A stretch of 64,000 nt of DNA from the human T2T-CHM13v2.0 reference genome, Homo sapiens. Under the pieces are notes generated by a model. It saw only the letters and a program-made list of their open reading frames with translations. It did no database searches and was not told the DNA's origin. Shown here one piece after another: positions 15,436-30,830 of the stretch; the first letter of the stretch is position 1; each line of letters starts with the position of its first letter. The stretch lies in assembly GCF_009914755.1 (NCBI RefSeq), contig NC_060928.1; one strand, given 5' to 3'. The translations under genes and the position numbers were made by a program.

Positions 15436-17419
15436 GAGGAAGGGTAAATTACTTCATATGCGAATATGATGGAGGTAGTGGGGGAGGTGGGAAGGTTGGG
15501 AGGTAGATGGGTAGATGGATATATAATTGGGAAGACAGATGAATGAGAGAACAATTAAAAAAAAAGTTAAGAAGCACCAAACTGAGCTTAGGTATGTGAG
15601 AATTACTTACGTTACAAATGTAACATTTCAATTTATTTAAAAATTCTTGAAGCAAACAGACACCTTCTACTTAATCCTAACAGTCATGAGAACTTACAGG
15701 ACACAAATTTAACGTAGAGTAGGACTATGTTACACCAATTAACTTGATTTAAAAATAAGAGTAATTTGTGTTTATAATTATAGCCATTAATGTTTATCAC
15801 GTTCATCACAGAAAATCTTACAATTCAGATAAAAGATAAGCTATCAAACAACAAAAGCTATATTAAATATTGGAACCAGGCTTAAAAGATGAATAAGACA
15901 TAACTACTGGCTTTAAGAAGTTTAATATTAACAAAATTTTTAAACTTCAATAATTAATTTATAGACTATCTCTTTAATAAAAGATTTGAGGCACAGAAAT
16001 CTGATTTTTAGAACTGTTTATCAAGGAAAAGCAGATGTATCATATTCACGTATGTTAATGGAAGATGCTGACCAAGAACTGCCCAGGAGTGCTGAGCCGG
16101 CACTAGTAACCCAGATACTTCCGATGAATGGATGAGTGAACAAATGAAAAATACTCAGCAAAGTGCCTCAAAAACTAGACAAAACAGAAAAGAACAAAGC
16201 ACCCAGGTAATCTAAAAACCTCGTCAACTGACGACTCTATCAGAGCTTAAGAAAATACTCAATAGCATTAATTTGTCTTTTGGGCAATTAGATAAACTCT
16301 CCTCTAAGTCTCAACTGATTCATTTGAAAAATGGGCATGACAATGTCTCCCTCTCTTATCTCTCAGAGAACTAAATGGGTATGACAAATAAAAACATGTT
16401 GGAAATTATTATTAACATCTGAAATAACATGTCAATGTCACTTCCATTCTTCCCCCATAATTTTGTAAGCATTAAAAATATTCCAGCACATTAAGATGTT
16501 CTCATCCTTTATAGGACCACATCTGACGATAACCATGATTTATTGACTAGAACAGCCAATGGTGATATTTTCAAATTTTATTAAAAGTGACTTTTTTTGC
16601 AAACTAATGATAAAATTCATATTGCTTTAGGCTTTCAGTCTACAATGCTGTGCTTATTCTCACAGCTGATTTAAGGTCAATGATAGGAAATGTCATGAAG
16701 AATACTTAATATTTTCTCCAGCACTTACACACAAGGCTGTGGTCTGTAGCATAAACCTAGGGAGCTGATTATCGACATCACATTTAGCATTTCAGGTACA
16801 TTTAACTTTATACTGTGATTTTGTGAATATATGTAGGACACTTGGAATTGAGTAATAATGCATATTTACTCCAATAGTTCAAGGTAATAAATATCTCCAG
16901 TGTATCTTCAGCCATGCGTATTTACCCAATATCTTTTCTAAAAGGGCCAAAAATACGGTTACTTAATTCATTATATTTATATCAAAGTAATGTTTCTAAA
17001 ATGCTTGAATATTTTATACTGTTCTAAAACATGCTATATTGTAAAATTTAAGCTCTTCAAAGTGGGTAATAATGTCTTATGTATCTCTATAACATCATAT
17101 CACTTCCCATGATGCTTATGGGTACTCAATAAAAATATCTGTTGAATAAATTGACCTTATTTAAAAATTTTAATAAACGTTAACAAACTATTACATATAT
17201 AAAGTATTAGTTTACTTCCCTGTGGGAAATGTGGGCAAGCTTCTGAGATTTTATGATAAAATTTCTGAATTGTTAATTATTATTCCTTTTCAAAATTTCT
17301 ACTGTGTAATGACCCACTTGTGGAGTTATTACTCTTAAAATACCGTATCTAAAATAAGCTAAATGTATTTGGCATTTCATGTTCCAAGCACAGTTCAAAA
17401 GAGCTTTTACTTGTTTTCA

Positions 17420-17592
17420 GCATTCCAATGCTCACCATGACCCTATGATAGGCACTATTTTCATTTTTCAGGTGAAAAAACTGAAACACAGAAAGAATAA
17501 CTACTTTTTCATATTGCAGAGCTAGTAAATACCAGGGTGAGGATTTGAATCCAGCTAGGGCTCAGAGTTCACGCCCTTAACCTCTATGCTAC
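17420..17592 (-). mobile_element. MIR
   Basis: ccctatgataggcactatt..cattttt..caggtgaaaaaactgaaacacaga...ggatttgaatcc. Confidence 0.7.
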
Positions 17593-19262
17593 ACGCAGTC
17601 TCTCTTCTAAACCTTTTCTCTTTATCTAATTTGTACAATTTTTATACTTTAAGATTAGCTAGCATAAGCTTCAAATCCAAGTGTATAATTAAGATGTTTG
17701 CTAATTACACAGGAACATTGTTGGCTGAAGATACTTAAGGAACATGTTTCTATTAACCAAAAGCATCAGTGAACATACATTTGGGAGCTTACCACTATTT
17801 AGCACCTTACTAAATCAATATTGAGTTTATGGCCATTGAGCTTTGTGATCTCATGTTCCCAGGTGGCCAGACCCAAACAGCATTTTCTCCATTGCCAGCA
17901 ACAGTAGCTGTGTGTGTATCTGTGTGTGTGCACGTGCAGGGTACATTAATGTGACTGTAAATGTCTCCCAGTCCCAATTAAACTCACTTAAAAGAGGAGT
18001 TTCATTTGTTCTACCTGGATGTTATAATAACTAGTATGTGCTTAGTTGCTGCCCTCAGGTGCCTAGTCCTTAATTACTAGTAACATTTTGGCAGCCACTC
18101 TTTCCTGGCACTGCTGGGAGACAACTCCTTAGATTCTCGTGAATTGTTCCCCGAGGAACTGGCACTGGGGAGGCCCTGCTTCCTATCCTGACCAACCTGC
18201 AAAAGAGCAGGCAGAGCACATCTTGGTGGGACTCTATTAAAACTGTGACAGATTTCTAATGAGATCTCAAGATTCACAAGAGCTTTGAAACATGACATGG
18301 CAAGATTTCCTTTTTTGCTTTGCTCTACCCTCCTGAGGCTGGTATGACCTGCTACATACCCTTTTGACAAGCCACTGTTGTGGCCGAATGATGGCTGGCT
18401 AGGACTTTCACCACGTAAAGATTCTTTAGTCTTAGAAATGGTAATCAGGACAACTTTCCCCCTCTGGAGTATAGTAAAAGAGTGATATATAGTAGAATAT
18501 GGAATCTTGTTCAATTACAATATTTCATTAGAAAAAAATAAAGTGAGAATTCTGTGATTGCAGAAATGCTTCATGCCATGTCTCGAAATTTTAGGTCTTG
18601 GCAGTAAACATTAGAGAGGTTATATTGAGGTTATATTAAAATATATATATTTTCTGTTCATAGGCCAAATGTAATTACTGCCCACAAAACAGTAACAGCA
18701 TTCTCTTCCCCTTGCCCCCACCACCAACTATCTTCTTTAACAGACCATTTCTCCCGTCACCCTCATACATGGGGCACGAATTTCAGCCCAATAACCCTAA
18801 TTGTTCTTTCCTCATCTCTTTATCTGCATGACTTCTCTTTGCCTTTTGACTGCCAGAGAAGGAGTACTCTCAAAGATAGGGGGCAACTAAGTAATCTGGC
18901 CATGAAACCAAAGGAAGCAATGTCATCCTTCTATAGGGTTAAGAACTAATTTGCACTAATAGGAAAAAGATCATCTAAATCAATCCCAATGCAATAAACA
19001 CCAGTAGAACTGGGTCCCAGGGCAATAAATAATTAGCTTGTCAATTGATTATAAGGAAGTAGCATTTCAATTGTTTATAAATACTCAGAGTGGTTAAGAA
19101 AGTTGAATACAGGTTGTTTTTTAAAAAGTGTCTTCAAATATTCTCAGATTAATCTACATAATTTAATAAGTTAACACACATTATTGATTTTGTTGATATA
19201 GAAAACATGCTAAGGCAAACACAAACCCAACCTCTGATCACTTTAAAAGATATTCCAAATGA

Positions 19263-19540
<278 letters not shown>

Positions 19541-20924
19541 CATATATTACATTTTAATGTGTGTGTAAAGCTATCCACAGATACCTGCATCTATATCTAT
19601 AATAAATATAAATTTGTTGCAATTGTTATATGTTTATTACTTAGCAAATAACTAATATCCACCCATTGTATAAGAAGTACCCAGTTTGTGAGCAATGTAA
19701 TGCTGACTAACAAGATCTGAGCCCTGATAAGAGATTACAATCTTAGGGAAGTTGAATCGATATATAATAAAGTAATTAGGTTTATAAAGCTGGCTATGAT
19801 AAGTTTTGGGTCACTGGCATTTACAATATATTTGGAGAGAAAGACAATGGCAGAGAGAAGTTGTTTTCTCTCTCCATGGGAGCGCACACTATCCTGTCCC
19901 CTCTGTGGTAATTTCCACCAAGCCCTGGTTTGCTTTTGGTGTGAGGCAGATTACACCTAAGGCCTATGAGGACCAGGACACTTTGCTGTATGGGGATCCA
20001 CCTGGAGTCAAGTGCCATTGACCCACCTAAGAGGAGAGTCCCTTAGGCCAGAAGCCAGAACTGGGCAGAGGGGCTCAAGGAAATCTGAGGGAGTCAGAAT
20101 AGGGGTTCTCTGATTTTACAGAGACAATAACAAATTTCTGGAAGATGATTCCCCACAACAGAAATATACCACTGGAGACAGACAGGAAGTCAGATAGGGA
20201 CAAAGCTGGGAAGATGCTTCTGAGGTTCTTCTGGGGCTAGACAGATGGTGAGCATGATTACTTTCATGGCATTTGTATTTTCTGTAGCTATATTCTTTTT
20301 TTCTCCTCTAATATGTACATTTTTCATCCCCCCTCCCCTTTTTAATGCCAATCAAACTCAGGAATGTGTGCACACAGAAGGGGTTTTCAAGGTGAGACAA
20401 CATGTCTTCGAGGTCTGGCCAGGCTGGGGACCTCACTAGACTGAGAAAGAACCTCAGGGGAAGAGGAAACTCAGAACATCAGAGATTTAAATAGCTTCTG
20501 GTAATCATCTCTGGGCAATGGAGAAAGCTTCTGGAGCTTTCTTGTGCTCAAGGCCTGGCTGGTTTTGAATGAAAACAAGATAGGCCACTGCTGGACTGCG
20601 TCGCATGGGGCTGAGGCTGCCCTGTAATTCTGAAGTGCCCTCCGGCATCTCTTAGGAAGAGCTGCAGCAGTGGTGAGGCAGAGAGGTGGCTCGTGCCTCC
20701 CTGCCAGGGTGGGTGGACAGTGGATTGATTACGCCTGACAACTCCTACTTGGGCCCTGTCACTGTTGTGCTGATATAGACCTTGAGGAGTATCAGAAGGG
20801 AGTAACAAAATGACAAATCCTCTACCCACATGTTTTACCCTCAGGACAAAACATGCTTCTGAAAGAAAAAAAGGTAGAAAAGACTGCGGTTGACTTATTC
20901 CAGAGTAGAGGATGAGGTCTATGA

Positions 20925-21110
20925 GAAGCCCAATAACAGTTTCAAAAACTTAAAGAGACATTGGCTAAATCATGGGGAGCATCTATTTTCTATTTCCACT
21001 GAGGTCAAGATAAGATACGAAGGGTTTAAAGGGCAGAAGAAGGGATTTAGATTAGACATTAGGAGAATTTCCTCCCAGCATTCTGGAATGTGTTATGGAG
21101 AAAGCTTGGA
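20925..21110 (+). mobile_element. CR1/L3 relic
   Basis: ctattttctatttccactgagg..aagataaga...gggatttagattagacattaggagaatttcct resembles the CR1/L3 ORF2 3' end. Confidence 0.55.
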
Positions 21111-24100
21111 ATGTACTACTAGCAAGAACATGTACTATTCTTTTCTAAAAATTCTAAGATAATAGGTAAGCAGGCATCCTGCTTGCCTGAGGGCAGTTCT
21201 GCCCTAAGGTAGAAGAAAGTGATGAAATGAGTTATTGAGATCTGGTGGCCCTACAATGCAAGTAAATAAGACCCTCTGATGTACATTCCTGACTTAACAT
21301 TTGTCTGAAAGAAATCTCTCTGGCTCATACTTTTCTGAAAAACAGGAATAAATCCCTTATATTTATATGTGTGGTAAAAGATAATTTCAGAAATACGTTT
21401 CCAAAATATGCACAAAGGGCAGACTGTGATCTCAGAATGCCTGCTTGAGAGAATGTCTAGCACCATGGGAAAAAACCAAACACCTAACGTCCTCTGTGCT
21501 CTCTTCTCCGCTCTATCCCACCCCCACCCTCCTTTTTTTGAAAGTAGTTTTACCATTATAAAGCAAGCTGTTTGCTCAGTCCTGTATGTAAAAAACACTC
21601 TTTGGTTTCTTGTAATCTTGAGATTACATTATTTTATTAGTGGAGAAAATAGTAAAGAGCTACATTAATGGAGAATCTATATGTCAGGTACTAAGATAAC
21701 AGTTTTTAGAAATATCCCATTCAATGTCTTCATAAGCACACTATGAGGTAGGTACTGTGTTATCACCATGTACAGAGGGGTAAAGTGACTTATGCAATAA
21801 CTATAAGTAGCATTAGAGGGAAGTGACTTATTGTAATGACATGAAAAACTACAATAGAGAAGTCCCATTACATTTGCAGACAACATCTAATGACATCTAA
21901 TCAGAAGGTCAAAGGGGGTGAGAAGAGGATCGACAGCTAAAATGGCTTTTCTAAATTATCTATAAGGTCACCACTGGATCACCTCTGTTGACAGAGATTA
22001 GTCTTTTAAATAGGAGGCTTGTAACAACCTGTATCAATACACAAGTTGCTTTCATTTCTAACTCCCTGGGCAGCACAGTCAACTTCTTTACACTGGAAGG
22101 TTATTTTACTGTTACAGACAGTTCAGGCTTTTTGCTTTTGCTCCCTGTTGTGACACCTTGATTCTAACTGGAGGAGAATTTAACAATTTTATCTGACTAG
22201 ATAGAAATCAATCTAGTCAGTCTGTATAAAAAAATAGAACTTACTAAGGAAAGACCCTACTACTTCTTTTATTAAAAATAAAGTTCCTGAGCTCCATTGC
22301 AACTGGTAACTTCTTCAGACAAATATATCATTATTTAGATGTAAATATCTAAATCAAATTTACATTCTTTAGAAAATAGAGTATCTGCTTTGTAAATTCT
22401 TATTCTTTGAGGATAACTATGCTGAAGACTGATGTATGTGCATGTGTAAAACAAACAAGCAAAAAAGAAAACCTCTAAGTAGTTTTATAATACATTTAAA
22501 ATAAGAAAAATAGCACTATGATAGCTGTAGTCACACAGCAAATGGCCCCTCCCTCAGTTAAAAAGTTAATTCTTTAACAGCTTCAAGGGCTGCCTTCTTG
22601 GCATATGTCTCAGTAGAGAATTTATTACATGAAACACGATCTCATTGGGCATGCAAGGTAAATAGACTCATTAAGAATGTTTTATGAAGAAACATTACTG
22701 TTCTAACAAGGTCACAGGGGTGAATAAGTTATGAGAAAGAGACAAAAGGCAGTGACCTGGAAATGGACTGCAGCACCCAGCTTAGTTTACTAGGCCTTCC
22801 CAAGTTCTAGCATGATCTTCACTAGGCTTGGGCTGAAAATAACTAGTTAAACGCTGGAACCTACAGTGGTAGAAATGTGCCAGGAAGGGCCCTGTGCATA
22901 CCTCCTCAAACTGTCAAGTCAACTCAAGCAGGGTCCACATCAAGCAAATATGATACACAAAAATAAGAGCTTACCAAACAGATAGATGAGGGGAACAGTT
23001 ACACTAAGTAATAGTTTTTTAAAAAACAAAAATTTAAGCCAAAGATTCCTTGAATAAGCACTTAAAGAATATTTAAACTATAATACATGTACATTTGCTT
23101 GCACATCACTTTTTAGGGCTGTTTCAATTATTCTGTTCTCCCTCTAAACATTTGTTGCTACTTTAGTGCAGTGGTTTCCACATCTTGGTCCCTTGATTAT
23201 ACCCAGTGACTTGGAAGTACCCAAGACTTCTAAGACAGCTAAGGAAGTTGCCTAAATTTAATTTCAGAATTTTTTTTTATGATTAGTGTAATTTGTGTAC
23301 TAAGAAATAAAAACTTTTAATGAGGAATAAAAAAATATATACACCAGGAAAGAGTTTTATCTCCACTATTAATTTTCTTCAAAATATTTCTTCCCTCTTA
23401 GTTCAACAGTCTTTCTGTGAAATAAATTACTTATGACTACATCATTATAATTTTAATTATTTCTTAAAGAACTATTACTTAACATATATTATCAAAAACT
23501 ACCTTAATTATAATCAAATCATAAGTAATCCTTTACATTATTTATATGAAAAGAAAACTGTGTTTTACTCAAGAATACTAATGCTGCGATTATAACTGAA
23601 CCATTAAAAACTATTAAAATTGCTTAGTAAGAAAAAGAAATGATGAGCCAGATAACCAAACAAAATAATAATCCTGTGAATTGATACAAAAATATTTTTC
23701 ACAATTGTTTTAACAGTCTGTATTTCTGAGTATCTTCACTCTATTATTAAGAACATTTTACAAATGCAAGACAAAAGAAGCTAAGCAGAATTTTTAAACA
23801 ATCTTCAAGTCAGAAGCTAGTACTAACATAAAAAAGGAAAAGCATAGTAAGTACATATTAATGAGTTAACAGGATGCCATGCAAGTTGGAGGGCAAAATT
23901 AAATAGGCCCGAGGAAAGAGAAAGCAAACCTTAATAGTTATTGCTTTTATGCATTTAAATATTACTCCACATTTTATTCCACTGACATTATCAAAACTAG
24001 TCTAAATTAAGAATTAATAGTAGCCAATGATGCATGTACTTCAAAAAAAAGTTATTTTTCTAGGCTGGGATCTCTTCAGGATACAGACTGAATTGGTCTG

Positions 24101-27100
24101 GAAACTCCCAGATAAAGCAGAGCCAAACAAAATCGCCTTTTTTGAATAAGTGATTATCTTGCAGTTGCTTCTCCTGTTTGGATTCCAGCTAGTCTCTGCA
24201 CACAGGGTTGGTATTGCAGCATCTTGAGGCACTTTGATGATGTCTTGTGCCGTCAGGTCTCAGGGCACTGCCGAGGACCTGGTGGTGGGCAGGGCCACGC
24301 CAGAGTGGCCAGAATGGGGGCAGACACACAGGCCTGCCCTGCCCTGCCCAGCTCTGTTTACAGGACTAACTTCTGTTTTTTCATTTGGTATTCTGCCGCA
24401 GTGTAAATTCCAGAGCTTTGGTGGCTCTCTCGAAATCTAATTCTGCACAGCTGGCTGAACAAATGCCTCTTTAAAAGAATGTGCTTCCCATTTTAGTTTC
24501 AAAAGTATTCTTCATATTTCTATCATTTAGTCATACCCTACCACCCTAAAGGAAAAGGGTCCAAGAGAGGATTTAAGAAAGTTCTTAATATGTAAGATAC
24601 CAACTCACTGAAAATAAGCTTTTGGGGAAAGTTTAACGTTAAAGGTTTTTTATTTTTCATGATTCCTTATAATCTGTATTTTCCATTCATACGAGATTGA
24701 ACAATAGACTTGGATAGAAACAGTCAGCCGTTATCCATCAAAGCTGTGAAGGACCCGTCCTGGGAGGACTTCCGGAAATTTTAATGGGGGTAGTTCAGGA
24801 AGGGCAGCTGGGTCATTTCTGAAAGTTTTTTTGGGGGGAGACTGGGGGCTGCAATTCACATTTAAATTGCTATTAATTTTTAAAGTAACATCACATTGAT
24901 AGTACAGAAATTAAACAAAACAGTTTTCGTTTCTTCTCTCAAATTGTTTGCCACTTCCTTGTTACTATTCTGCTTATGTTCTAATGGTAGGTTTCCCTTC
25001 ATTTAAAACAAAGTCTGCTGCATGTGGTGATTTTCACACTTATATTCCTAGGTCCAAACAATGATGGATCTTCAACAAATGATTTCACTGATGGCTTTGT
25101 TAGTGTAAGGACAAGCCGCTCCTGGGTCACAAGGTGGCCCATGGCTGTCACTCCAGTGAAGCTCTTGACTAGGATTCAAGTCAGCTCTTCACTGCTGACT
25201 TAGAATAAGGCCAACCTTGTGCTATGATTTTAAAATGGGTGATGTGGTTCTAAGTCATGTACTATGTAAAACTCTCTTTTTAACCCTCATAATAATTTCA
25301 ACCCCCAAATTTAAATGGGGCTAACAAAAGCCTATATAATCTTCCCTTTAGAGCATTTTTATCCTTTAGTGATTTTTTTCGGACCCACAGTTAAGATTAG
25401 ACATTCTCTTTTATAGTCAGATATTCTCCCTTCACAGATATGATCATAGAGGATAAAGATCATAAGGCCATGCCCAACATGATATACTCTATACTCAACT
25501 CGTTTGTTCAGTTTCTGAAGTATTACGCTTAGAACTTATCTAAGTATTTTATTGCATGGCACACAGTAGGCACTAAATAAGTGCTTACTGAACCAAGGGA
25601 AAGAAAGAGCAAATAAACCAATAAGTAAATGCTTTGCTGACCCTCTATACCAGGTTACTTTTCTTGATGTGATAACCACAGCCACCATTTTCTAATAACA
25701 CTGTTAAGCGAAATGGAAAGAGAGGATGTTGGGTTTCACCCCAAACCCCAATGAACTAGGCTAGTCTACCTAGAAAACAATTCCAGGCAAGGCTCAACCC
25801 AGCATCACGCTGATAACAAAAGTAAGTCAAGCAATCTCCAAGAAGCAAAGCCAAGTACAGGAGCAGAGGACCTGACAGCCCTGTGGCCAGGGGGACCTAA
25901 TGCTGTTTTCTCTGGCTGGGCAGCAAACAAGCAGGCGGTCCTGCCACTTCTAACCTTGAGAGAGTCTGAAGAGAGAGGAAACAGGGAGAAGCCAAAAAGA
26001 AAAGAGGCCTTTAGCTTCATAGAACCATACTCCAGAAATAGACTCCAGGAAAGAGGCAGTCTATATACTTAATCTTAGGGCCCAATAAACATCATTAAAT
26101 GAGCCACAGCAGCATGGGCTCCTTTTTGTGGGTTGAATGATGGAAAGTGTGTTTGACCTTGACCCTCTCTTCTTTATGGAAGGGGCAAGTGATGCACAGA
26201 AAGACTAATCTCCCCCTGCCCCAAATGCCCATCATCAATTCAAGGTTTTAGTACCCAAATTGCAAGCACTCTAAGAGAATGAGAGCCTTCTAGACCCAGA
26301 AAGGACCTCACGAAACACCCAATTTAATCTATTTTAGATGAGAGGAAATAAAGTTCCAGAAAGATGAACTGGCTTGCCAGGGTTCCAGCTGATAGAGGTG
26401 GCATGTACACGGAGACTCACCATTTCAAGTTCAGTGGCCTGTTAGCGGTGTCAGCACCAGAACTGTTATGTAGGAGGGACTTAGAGAAATGTGTGAAAAC
26501 ACATTTGCTTCATAAGACATTTATTGATATTTATTTAGGATAGGTTGGAAGGCATTTGGTGAAAATTATGAGGGGAAGGCTAAAAACCTCTCCCAAGGCC
26601 ATCCAACAACCACTGTAATATCTGTTTAATTTGGCATAAACACAAAACCATCCAAATGGAATTTCAGCTTTTTACAAAATAGTTTCTTCAGAATTACCGT
26701 GAGAAGCTACAAAGTTAGATGACAAAGTTATCCATGACTCTTGGTGGCCAGCTCCTTAGCAGATAGCCAGTGAGTTGTCTTACCTGTGTGGGATGTGCCT
26801 ATGTTTGTAATGTGCCTATGTTTAGTAATCACGTACCAAAAATATGCCTTCATAAAGTACCCAACAATTACCATGCATCACTCTAACTGTAAATTTCAAG
26901 AAGACACTAAAGAATTGTTGTTGACCTGACTATCAAAGCCCTGTGAATTGAAATCAATATACCATAACATGTGAATGTTAGATACAAGTTGAAGCCCCTG
27001 AAGGCAGGTCACTACGGTGGCATAAACATCAGTTTTTTCTAAGTACCAAGCAGCATCTGGATGAATAGATCTACGATGACCATATTGCCTTCACTGTACA

Positions 27101-27694
27101 TGACCTAAACTCATCTCTCTGGAAAGTTAATCTTTCATAACATTAACATCAGTATGGTTAAGAAATCACTTACATAAATTATTCTCAATATTATCAGCTG
27201 TTATAGTCCACACTTTTTTTTTCTCACTTGGTTCCTATGCTTAAAAAGCTAAACAAAATTTTAATCTTGTATTTGCAGGGAGCTCCTGTCAAACAACTTC
27301 TTCTGAGAAACACATATGATATATTACAAAAAAGACTGAGAAAAGAAATTAGAAATTTGGGAAAGGAACCCTGTAAGATATACTATGTAGCTACTTCAAC
27401 AACTCATAAGGATCAAATATGATTTATGATTTTTTATATATATATAAAATCATGTATATAAATATATATATATTCATCTCTTTATCCTCAACTATGCTTT
27501 AATTTACTTACTTCCCAAAGTGTAAATAACTACTAAAAGCTATGGCTATTTTAAGGGCTTAATAAAAGTAATGGGATATAACTGAGAAATTCAAATGATA
27601 AAAGATCTAAACAATGATGAAACACATAAAGCCAAAGACTATGAAAACAGAGATGATCATATTTCTTCTCAAACTCTGGTCAATGGGTGATCTT

Positions 27695-27848
27695 CCTTAT
27701 AATCGCCTCAGGGCTTACTCAAGATGCAGAATCTTGGGCTGCCCAAAGTACACATGGCAGAGTATCTACAAGTGGAGGCTGGGAGTCTTCATTTTTAACA
27801 AACTTCCCATGTGATTTTTCCTGCACTTTAGAATTGAGAACTATCAAC
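27695..27848. mobile_element. MER5-like hAT relic
   Basis: aagatgcagaatcttgggc...cagagtatct...catttttaacaaacttccca.gtgatt...ttgagaact. Confidence 0.55.
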
Positions 27849-27970
27849 CTAAAGGTTCTGAATGAGATTACAGAAAGCAGGAGAAAGAGAGAAACTGAGA
27901 AAAGATTACTTGTTAACAGGAAGGAAGAGAGGGAGGGAGGGAAAGGACAGATATTAAAAATTCGGTCTAC

Positions 27971-28186
27971 ACCATGGTTTCTCAACTTCATTGACATTTT
28001 GGGGTGGATAATTCTTTGTGTAGAAATGGTCCTGTGTATTGTACAGTGTTAGCAGCATTCCTGGCCCTCTACCCAAAAGATGCCAGTAGCAATCCCCAAC
28101 CTCCAATTGTGACAATAAAAAATATTTCCAGACTTTGCCAAATGTCCCTTCCAGGGGTAAAATCACCCCTGGTTGAGATTCACTGG
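27971..28186 (+). mobile_element. MER20 hAT DNA transposon
   Basis: tggtttctcaac...ttgacattttgggg.ggataattctttg...gatgccagtagca...gccaaatgtccc...ggttgagattcactg. Confidence 0.85.
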
Positions 28187-29342
28187 TCTATACTAAGGAA
28201 GTTGTTAAAGCAAGAATAGTGAACTAGAAAGATCATGAAATATCTTGGGTATATAAAAAACAATCAAATGAAAACTGAAATAAGAAGCATGCTAATTCAT
28301 TATGCTCCTAAAGTTAGTTTCCTTAATAACAGAAGTCATAAACTCAAAAGTGAACTCAGCATAATAAAAAAATTCATTTTCATCTTTCAAAATTTAGCAT
28401 ATTTCACACAAACATTTGCACTTCTGACACTGCTTGAAAAAAAATTTTTTTTGAATCTGGCAATACCTGCAACAAATAGGCCTAGGCCTGAAACTGGCCA
28501 CTCCCTTTGGCATGGCAACAAACAGCTCGACCTGGACTGGCCACTCCCCTTCGATGGAGCATTCACTTCCTACCCCCATGCTTTATAGATGGGTGAATTC
28601 TATAAAAATATTCCATAAATATGTCATGGGTATTGTAAGAGATTGGAATATGTTTTAAATATGTTTATTTAAAACTTACATTTAGTTTCCTAGACGCCAA
28701 AGTCTTAGTAGTAGGGCCACACTTTTAATCTACAAACATAATTTACAAGAAACACAAGCACAAGTACACAGTCCACTAGAGAAATATCCAAAGTTTAGTG
28801 TAATCATAATATCAGGTTTATTATCACAAGACATGGCCAAGTACCCTGCCACACCCAAAGGGTGTATGTACTGACTGACAAGCACATATCCTGAATGTTA
28901 TTACACTCATAAAAAAATGAGTAATGACTGGTTGATCTCAACATTCACACTCAAATCAAAATTCAAACTGGGATTTCCACAACAGGCTTCCTTACTAGCC
29001 ATCCGTTAAAAAGAATATTTGTTCCTGTGACAGAACAGGGCTTCCCCTAAATGCACACTTCCTTCAGCTGTGTTGCTGCTACTGGTCCCCAAGCGTCGAC
29101 TTCCTGCTGACACCACCTGGAGGTAAAAAGGTCCACACCCCTAGGTTTATGGTCTATGTCTCATCTTTGAAAGTTGCACCTCTTTCCCTATTCCATGCCA
29201 ATTTAAGTGCACAATTAAACATGACTGCAATGTGAAGGAATTTCCAGGTATGAGCTCTACAGAGTTACTTCAATCACGAGTGCAGCTTCACACTCCCCAG
29301 TTATCTAGGCACACATTTTTATCAGGGATGAATGCCTTATAG

Positions 29343-29632
29343 CAGTGGTTCCCAACCTTTTGGGCACCAGGGACTGGTTTTGTGGAGGACATTTTTTCCT
29401 TGGACAGCGATGGGGAGGATGGTTTTGGGATGAAACTGTTCCACCTCAGATCATCGGGCATTATATTCTCATAAGAAATGCACAACCCAGATCCCTTGAA
29501 TGTGCAGTTCACAATAGGGTTCGTGCTCCTATGAGAATCTAATGTGGCTGCTGATCTGACAGAAGGCGGCACTTGCCCATCACTCACCTCCTGCTGTGCG
29601 GCCCAGTTCCTAACAGGTCAGGGACCCAGTAT
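29343..29632 (+). mobile_element. MER1B-like hAT-Charlie MITE
   Basis: cagtggttcccaaccttttgggcaccagggactggttt...gaaactgttccacctcagatcatc...ctcctatgagaatctaatg. Confidence 0.88.
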
Positions 29633-30587
29633 TGCTGCCTTATAGGTCCTGCCTGATAATGCTCTCTTTTTTCAGCTGGAAGGCTTCTCTATTTCCCAGA
29701 GGTGGAGCTACACCACTGTCTTTGTGTTCACGGTCTTAAACACAGCACTGCTTATTTCCACTCTACTCAAGTGGCCACCCAGACAAGGGCTGAGGCTTCC
29801 TGTCAATCTTGAAGTTCCTGGGAAGACAGGTGTTCCTCCCACCTGAAATCAGTACAGATTCCTGACTCTGACCTTGGATTACATGTATTCTAGAAACTAT
29901 GGAATCCAATAATAATTTAGTTGATAATCCCTGGGAGTTTACTGCACTAAGCTCCTCAACTAAACCTTTCATCTTAACCTACTCGTGTCGGGTTTGCTTC
30001 ATTCTTGGTTTTCTTTTCTTTCTATTACCTCTTATTCTTTGTGTTTTTACATTTGTCTCGGGGGCTTATTTGTCCCTCCTTTACTGTAAGTCAACTCATC
30101 CTAATTTTCTTTTACCTTAAACCTAATGAGGTTCAAAGTTCACTACAAACCATCAAACCAGGATTGAAATTCCTGCCTTAACAGCAGCAACAGCTATCCC
30201 AACACCCCATTGTCTTCCATTCTGGTGACAAAAATTTTAGTTAAGTAAGCATAATCAAGAAGTTCAAACAGTACTTAGAATTCCTCGCCAAGGACTGAAG
30301 AGATATAAGCCTTTCCTGCAGTATATTATCATTTAAGAAGTTGCCAAACTATGCTATGTAAGTCAACAATAAGGATCAAGACTTACGTGTTTTTTGGAAA
30401 CTGCATTGTCCTGGTGCAGGGATGGAAAAAATAATATTACACTAAAACTTTGTTAAAATACCATCGTTTGGACTCTGTTATAGGACTAGTTTTATAATGA
30501 AATCTTTTGTGTCTTTAATAACTGTAGAGCCAAACCTTGTCGTGATTATTATTTTTTGGCCAAACAGGCAAGGTTTAATGGCATGTT

Positions 30588-30830
30588 TGTTTATTCATTC
30601 ATTCATTCAATAAGCATTTATTAAGCATCTACTGTGCTAAGTGCTCTGAAGAGAAAGACAAAAGGACAATTCTGTTCTTGTAAGTTCAGACTATTTGGCA
30701 AGAAATAACCTATAAACAAATAATTATAATAAAATGTGATGAGTGCTATAATAAAGGCTCTGGAAGCACAGAGAAGGTACTAATCAACTCCATCTAAGGA
30801 AGTCATTAAAAGCTTTATAGGAAAAGTCTT
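30588..30830 (-). mobile_element. L2 3' fragment
   Basis: (ttca)n tail then ataagcatttattaagcatctactgtg...tataataaaatgtgatgagtgcta. Confidence 0.65.

Noticed and set aside
18077-18514. 145-aa sense-strand ORF as a hidden NR3C2 exon
   Set aside because: No nuclear receptor or other recognisable homology, non-ATG start, and exons 4 and 5 already join in frame.
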